DNA of 64,000 nucleotides from Thermococcus sp. JdFR-02 (GTDB lineage Archaea; Methanobacteriota_B; Thermococci; Thermococcales; Thermococcaceae): NCBI GenBank assembly GCA_002009975.1, contig MTLP01000036.1, positions 1 to 64,000 of the forward strand, read 5' to 3'. Shown piece by piece: positions 61,022 to 64,000 of this stretch (position 1 is its first letter; each line of letters starts with the position of its first letter). The notes under the pieces were generated by a model. It saw only the letters and a program-made list of their open reading frames with translations, ran no database searches and was not told where the DNA came from. The position numbers and the translations under genes were made by a program.

Positions 61022-62938
61022 ATGGCGGATCTAATATTATTAGTCCCAGCTGGAATATTAATAGCTACACTGTTGTTAGGACTTGCTGGAAAGGGGAGAA
61101 CATCTCTCTACTTGAGCAACATTCTCTCAGCAATTTCCTCATTGTCAATCTGTTATGTAGCGTTTTTAGGTTTTAAGAAGAGCTTAGAACTGAAATTCCA
61201 AATATACAGCTCATCTTCAATAGTGTCCTCACTAAACTGGCTCATCTTAAGGGTTGATTCACTCTCCGCATTTTTCCTTTTGATTTTGGGGGTTTTGGGA
61301 TTTTGTGCCTCTCTCTATGGCATAAAATACATGGAGCACTATTTAAATAAGGGGAATGTTAAAGCCTACAACTTTAACTACCCAATCTTTCTCCTAACAA
61401 TGTATCTTGTCCTAATATCTTGGGACCTACTTTGGTTCATAATCTTCTGGGAGTTAATGTCGTTCTTTTCCCAATTCCTAGTTGCATTTGAAAGAAGCAA
61501 TGAAAAAGCCATTAAAGCTGCTTTCAAATACTTCTACATGACAAAGGCTGGAGCAGAGTTCTTAGTTTTAACAATAGTAGCTGTGACATTAAAGGTCACC
61601 AACTTTAATGCAAATTATTCTGAGATTGCAAGACTATTGCCTCTCTATCTACAAAGCAATCCATCAACCCTCTATTTCTTAACTTTCGCTTTATTGATTG
61701 GATTTGGAGTTAAAGCTGCTATGATTCCCTTACACTCTTGGCTCCCAGATGCTCACCCTGAAGCCCCAAGCAACGTTTCAGCTTTGCTTAGTGGCGCTAT
61801 GATAAAGCTTCCAATTTATATGCTCTTTAGGTTCTTTTTGACTTTCTTCCCCAAGGATACAAGCATAGGACTAATAATTGCTTTCTTTGGCGCAATAACG
61901 TTGTTTTTCAGCATAATGTACGCTTTGCTTCAAGATGATTCCAAACGTTTACTTGCCTTCTCAAGTATTGACAACATAGGTTACATTCTCTTACCCTTTG
62001 GCGCTGGATTATACTTAATCGCCATAGGAAACGAGTTTTTAGGAGCAGTTGCCTTGATTGCATCGCTTTACCACACGATAAACCACGCATTTTTCAAAGG
62101 ATTGCTCTTTTTAACAGCTGGTTCAGTTGCTTATGAAACCGGGAGCAGAGACTTGAATTACTTAGGTGGACTAGCAAAGCAAATGCCCTTAACGGCTTTT
62201 ACAGCTTTAATAGGATCTCTATCAATAGCAGGAATGCCACCTTTAAATGGATTTGTCAGCAAATGGCTTATCTACGTTTCAACTCTTTCAACTCCAGCAA
62301 CTTCACTCTTTGGAATAATAGCTCTCTTCATAAGTGCCGTAACTTTAGCAGCTTTTGTTAAATATTTCACAACAATATTTACAAGACCTCCCTTAGAAGA
62401 AATCAAAGCTAAAGAAGTTCCTTTCCTAATGTGGAGCTCTCAAATGCTTTTAGCATTACTATGTATTCTCTTTGGTGTTTATCCATTCTTACCCCTTAAA
62501 CTCACCAGTTCAGCCTTAAATTCAGTTGGAGTACAAATCGAATTAGCTAAGCTTACGATATTTCCATCAATAGTTGTTCCAAAAACTGGAAGCTTTTCAC
62601 CAATCATAATATTCGCCTTCCTACTTATCGCAACAGCAATCTTGGTCTTACTGATCCCAACAAGGGGCAAGGAGATGTCAACATGGAGCTGTGGAAGCAA
62701 AGAAAAGCTTAATGCAAGAATTCCTTCGAATGCCTACTATATGGACTTTAAAGAAGAATTTAGCGAAGTTTATAAGCTTGGTGACTCAAGCAAAGCCTTA
62801 ATGGAAAAAGCTCTGAAATTTGGAAGAAAGCTTGGATTGAGGTTTGAAGTTCTATCTTACAATTTAGACTCAATGCTCTTTGGTGCAATGCTCCTGATAG
62901 TTCTTTTAGTAATTCTTTTAGGAGGTGTTAGCCTATGA
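61022..62938 (+). CDS. Membrane hydrogenase antiporter-like subunit (HycC/HyfB, NuoL/M family)
   Basis: FWELMS, PLHSWLPDAHPEAPSNVSALLSG, KRLLAFSS and PPLNGFVSKW motifs. Confidence 0.88.
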   Translation: MADLILLVPAGILIATLLLGLAGKGRTSLYLSNILSAISSLSICYVAFLGFKKSLELKFQIYSSSSIVSSLNWLILRVDSLSAFFLLILGVLGFCASLYGIKYMEHYLNKGNVKAYNFNYPIFLLTMYLVLISWDLLWFIIFWELMSFFSQFLVAFERSNEKAIKAAFKYFYMTKAGAEFLVLTIVAVTLKVTNFNANYSEIARLLPLYLQSNPSTLYFLTFALLIGFGVKAAMIPLHSWLPDAHPEAPSNVSALLSGAMIKLPIYMLFRFFLTFFPKDTSIGLIIAFFGAITLFFSIMYALLQDDSKRLLAFSSIDNIGYILLPFGAGLYLIAIGNEFLGAVALIASLYHTINHAFFKGLLFLTAGSVAYETGSRDLNYLGGLAKQMPLTAFTALIGSLSIAGMPPLNGFVSKWLIYVSTLSTPATSLFGIIALFISAVTLAAFVKYFTTIFTRPPLEEIKAKEVPFLMWSSQMLLALLCILFGVYPFLPLKLTSSALNSVGVQIELAKLTIFPSIVVPKTGSFSPIIIFAFLLIATAILVLLIPTRGKEMSTWSCGSKEKLNARIPSNAYYMDFKEEFSEVYKLGDSSKALMEKALKFGRKLGLRFEVLSYNLDSMLFGAMLLIVLLVILLGGVSL

Positions 62939-63813
62939 ACTTTTTAGTTGTAATCAACATCCTCTTTGCTTTAATCTTTGCACCTTTATTTGATGGTTTT
63001 GAAAGAAAAGTTAAAGCTCGCCTACAGAACAGACAGGGACCGAGTATTTTTCAAACGTGGTGGGACTTAATAAAGCTATTTAAAAGACCGCCAGTAATTC
63101 CAAGCGATTCCATAAAACGTCTCTATATTTTAGCACCATACATAACATTTACAGCGGTTTTAACAGCTTATCTTATAGTCCCAACCCTGCTTCCACAATC
63201 GCTCAACTTTGCTGGGGACTTCATACTTGTAATCTATCTCATAAGCTTGGCAACGCTGATATTTTCACTTGGAGCCTTCTCCTCTGGAAATCCATACGCT
63301 CAATTAGGGTCAAATAGAGAGGTATCTTTACTGATGAGTGAAGAATTAGTTTTAGCTTTTGTTGTAGGGATTTTGGCTTTAATAGGGAGAAGCTTAAGCT
63401 TTGAAATTCTATTTCCTCTGCCACTGAAAGTTTCGTCAATCCTTGGATTAGCGTTGCTTTTTGTTGTAATCTATGTCTCAAGTGCAAGGATTCCCTTTGA
63501 CATTCCAGAAGCAGAGCCAGAAATAATTGAAGGTCCTCTAATAGAATACAGCGGCAAGCACTTAGCTTTACTTGAATACTCCATCTATCTAAAGCGCTTT
63601 TTGCTCTACAGCTTGTTCTTAAACTTCATACTTCCAAAGGAGACAACAATTAGAACTGGAGGGTTTTTACTTGGACTTATAGTCCTGTCTATAGTTTACT
63701 CGTCTTTGGAAGCATATTATGGCAGATTCAGACTTGACCAAGCAATTAAATTAATGAAAAAGCTTTCAGCTGTGGCATTAGTTGCTTGGCTTATAGCTCT
63801 CATGGGGTGGTAA
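62935..63813 (+). CDS. Membrane hydrogenase subunit HycD/HyfC (NuoH family)
   Basis: RKVKARLQNRQGP and PFDIPEAEPEIIEGPLIEYSG motifs. Confidence 0.88.
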   Translation: MNFLVVINILFALIFAPLFDGFERKVKARLQNRQGPSIFQTWWDLIKLFKRPPVIPSDSIKRLYILAPYITFTAVLTAYLIVPTLLPQSLNFAGDFILVIYLISLATLIFSLGAFSSGNPYAQLGSNREVSLLMSEELVLAFVVGILALIGRSLSFEILFPLPLKVSSILGLALLFVVIYVSSARIPFDIPEAEPEIIEGPLIEYSGKHLALLEYSIYLKRFLLYSLFLNFILPKETTIRTGGFLLGLIVLSIVYSSLEAYYGRFRLDQAIKLMKKLSAVALVAWLIALMGW

Positions 63814-63815
63814 AA

Positions 63816-64000
63816 ATGCTTATTGAAATTTTAGAAAAGAATGGCTCTAAAATAATCAGGCATGATGAGAATATTATCATTGCATTAGTTTCAAATAAGA
63901 AACTGAAAAAAGTTGCGAAAGAACTCTTTGATGCGGGTTGTTATTATGCAACAGGTGTAGGTGTCGATGAGAGACCTAAAAATGGAGCTTTTGCAATGTA
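63816..64000 (+). CDS. Probable HycE-type hydrogenase large subunit, N-terminal (NuoC-like) part, runs off window
   Basis: Manual translation MLIEILEKNGSKIIRHDENIIIALVSNKKLKKVAKELFDAGCYYATGVGVDERPKNGAFAM; G.DER motif; operon position after hycD. Confidence 0.65.
   Translation, partial: MLIEILEKNGSKIIRHDENIIIALVSNKKLKKVAKELFDAGCYYATGVGVDERPKNGAFAM

Overview
Archaeal chromosomal DNA from the order Thermococcales (Thermococcus/Palaeococcus-like: GGTGA/GGAGG RBSs, BRE-TATA promoters, typical gene families). It holds a complete starch/cyclodextrin utilisation locus (TrmBL1/Tgr, glgA, cyclomaltodextrinase, CGTase, MalEFG, GH57 amylopullulanase, MalK) with TGM operators. It also contains a cas-less CRISPR array (19 repeats, 18 spacers), family B DNA polymerase with a 156-aa mini-intein, a HAN/RecJ-like nuclease, one clear C/D box sRNA, many housekeeping and transport genes, and the start of a Hyc/Hyf-type membrane hydrogenase operon. 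The most unusual items are: (1) an AT-rich two-gene cassette (32382-34082) encoding a secreted protein with an alpha-hemolysin/leukocidin-like C-terminal domain, plus a membrane-anchored partner resembling that protein's N-terminal pro-domain, a candidate archaeal pore-forming toxin/immunity system; (2) two copies of a structured dispersed element (44670-44771, 56142-56218), one abutting a truncated PIN-toxin remnant; (3) a strong strand bias of CRISPR spacers, with crRNAs apparently antisense to mRNA. All product calls come from motif recognition by eye; no database searches were run.
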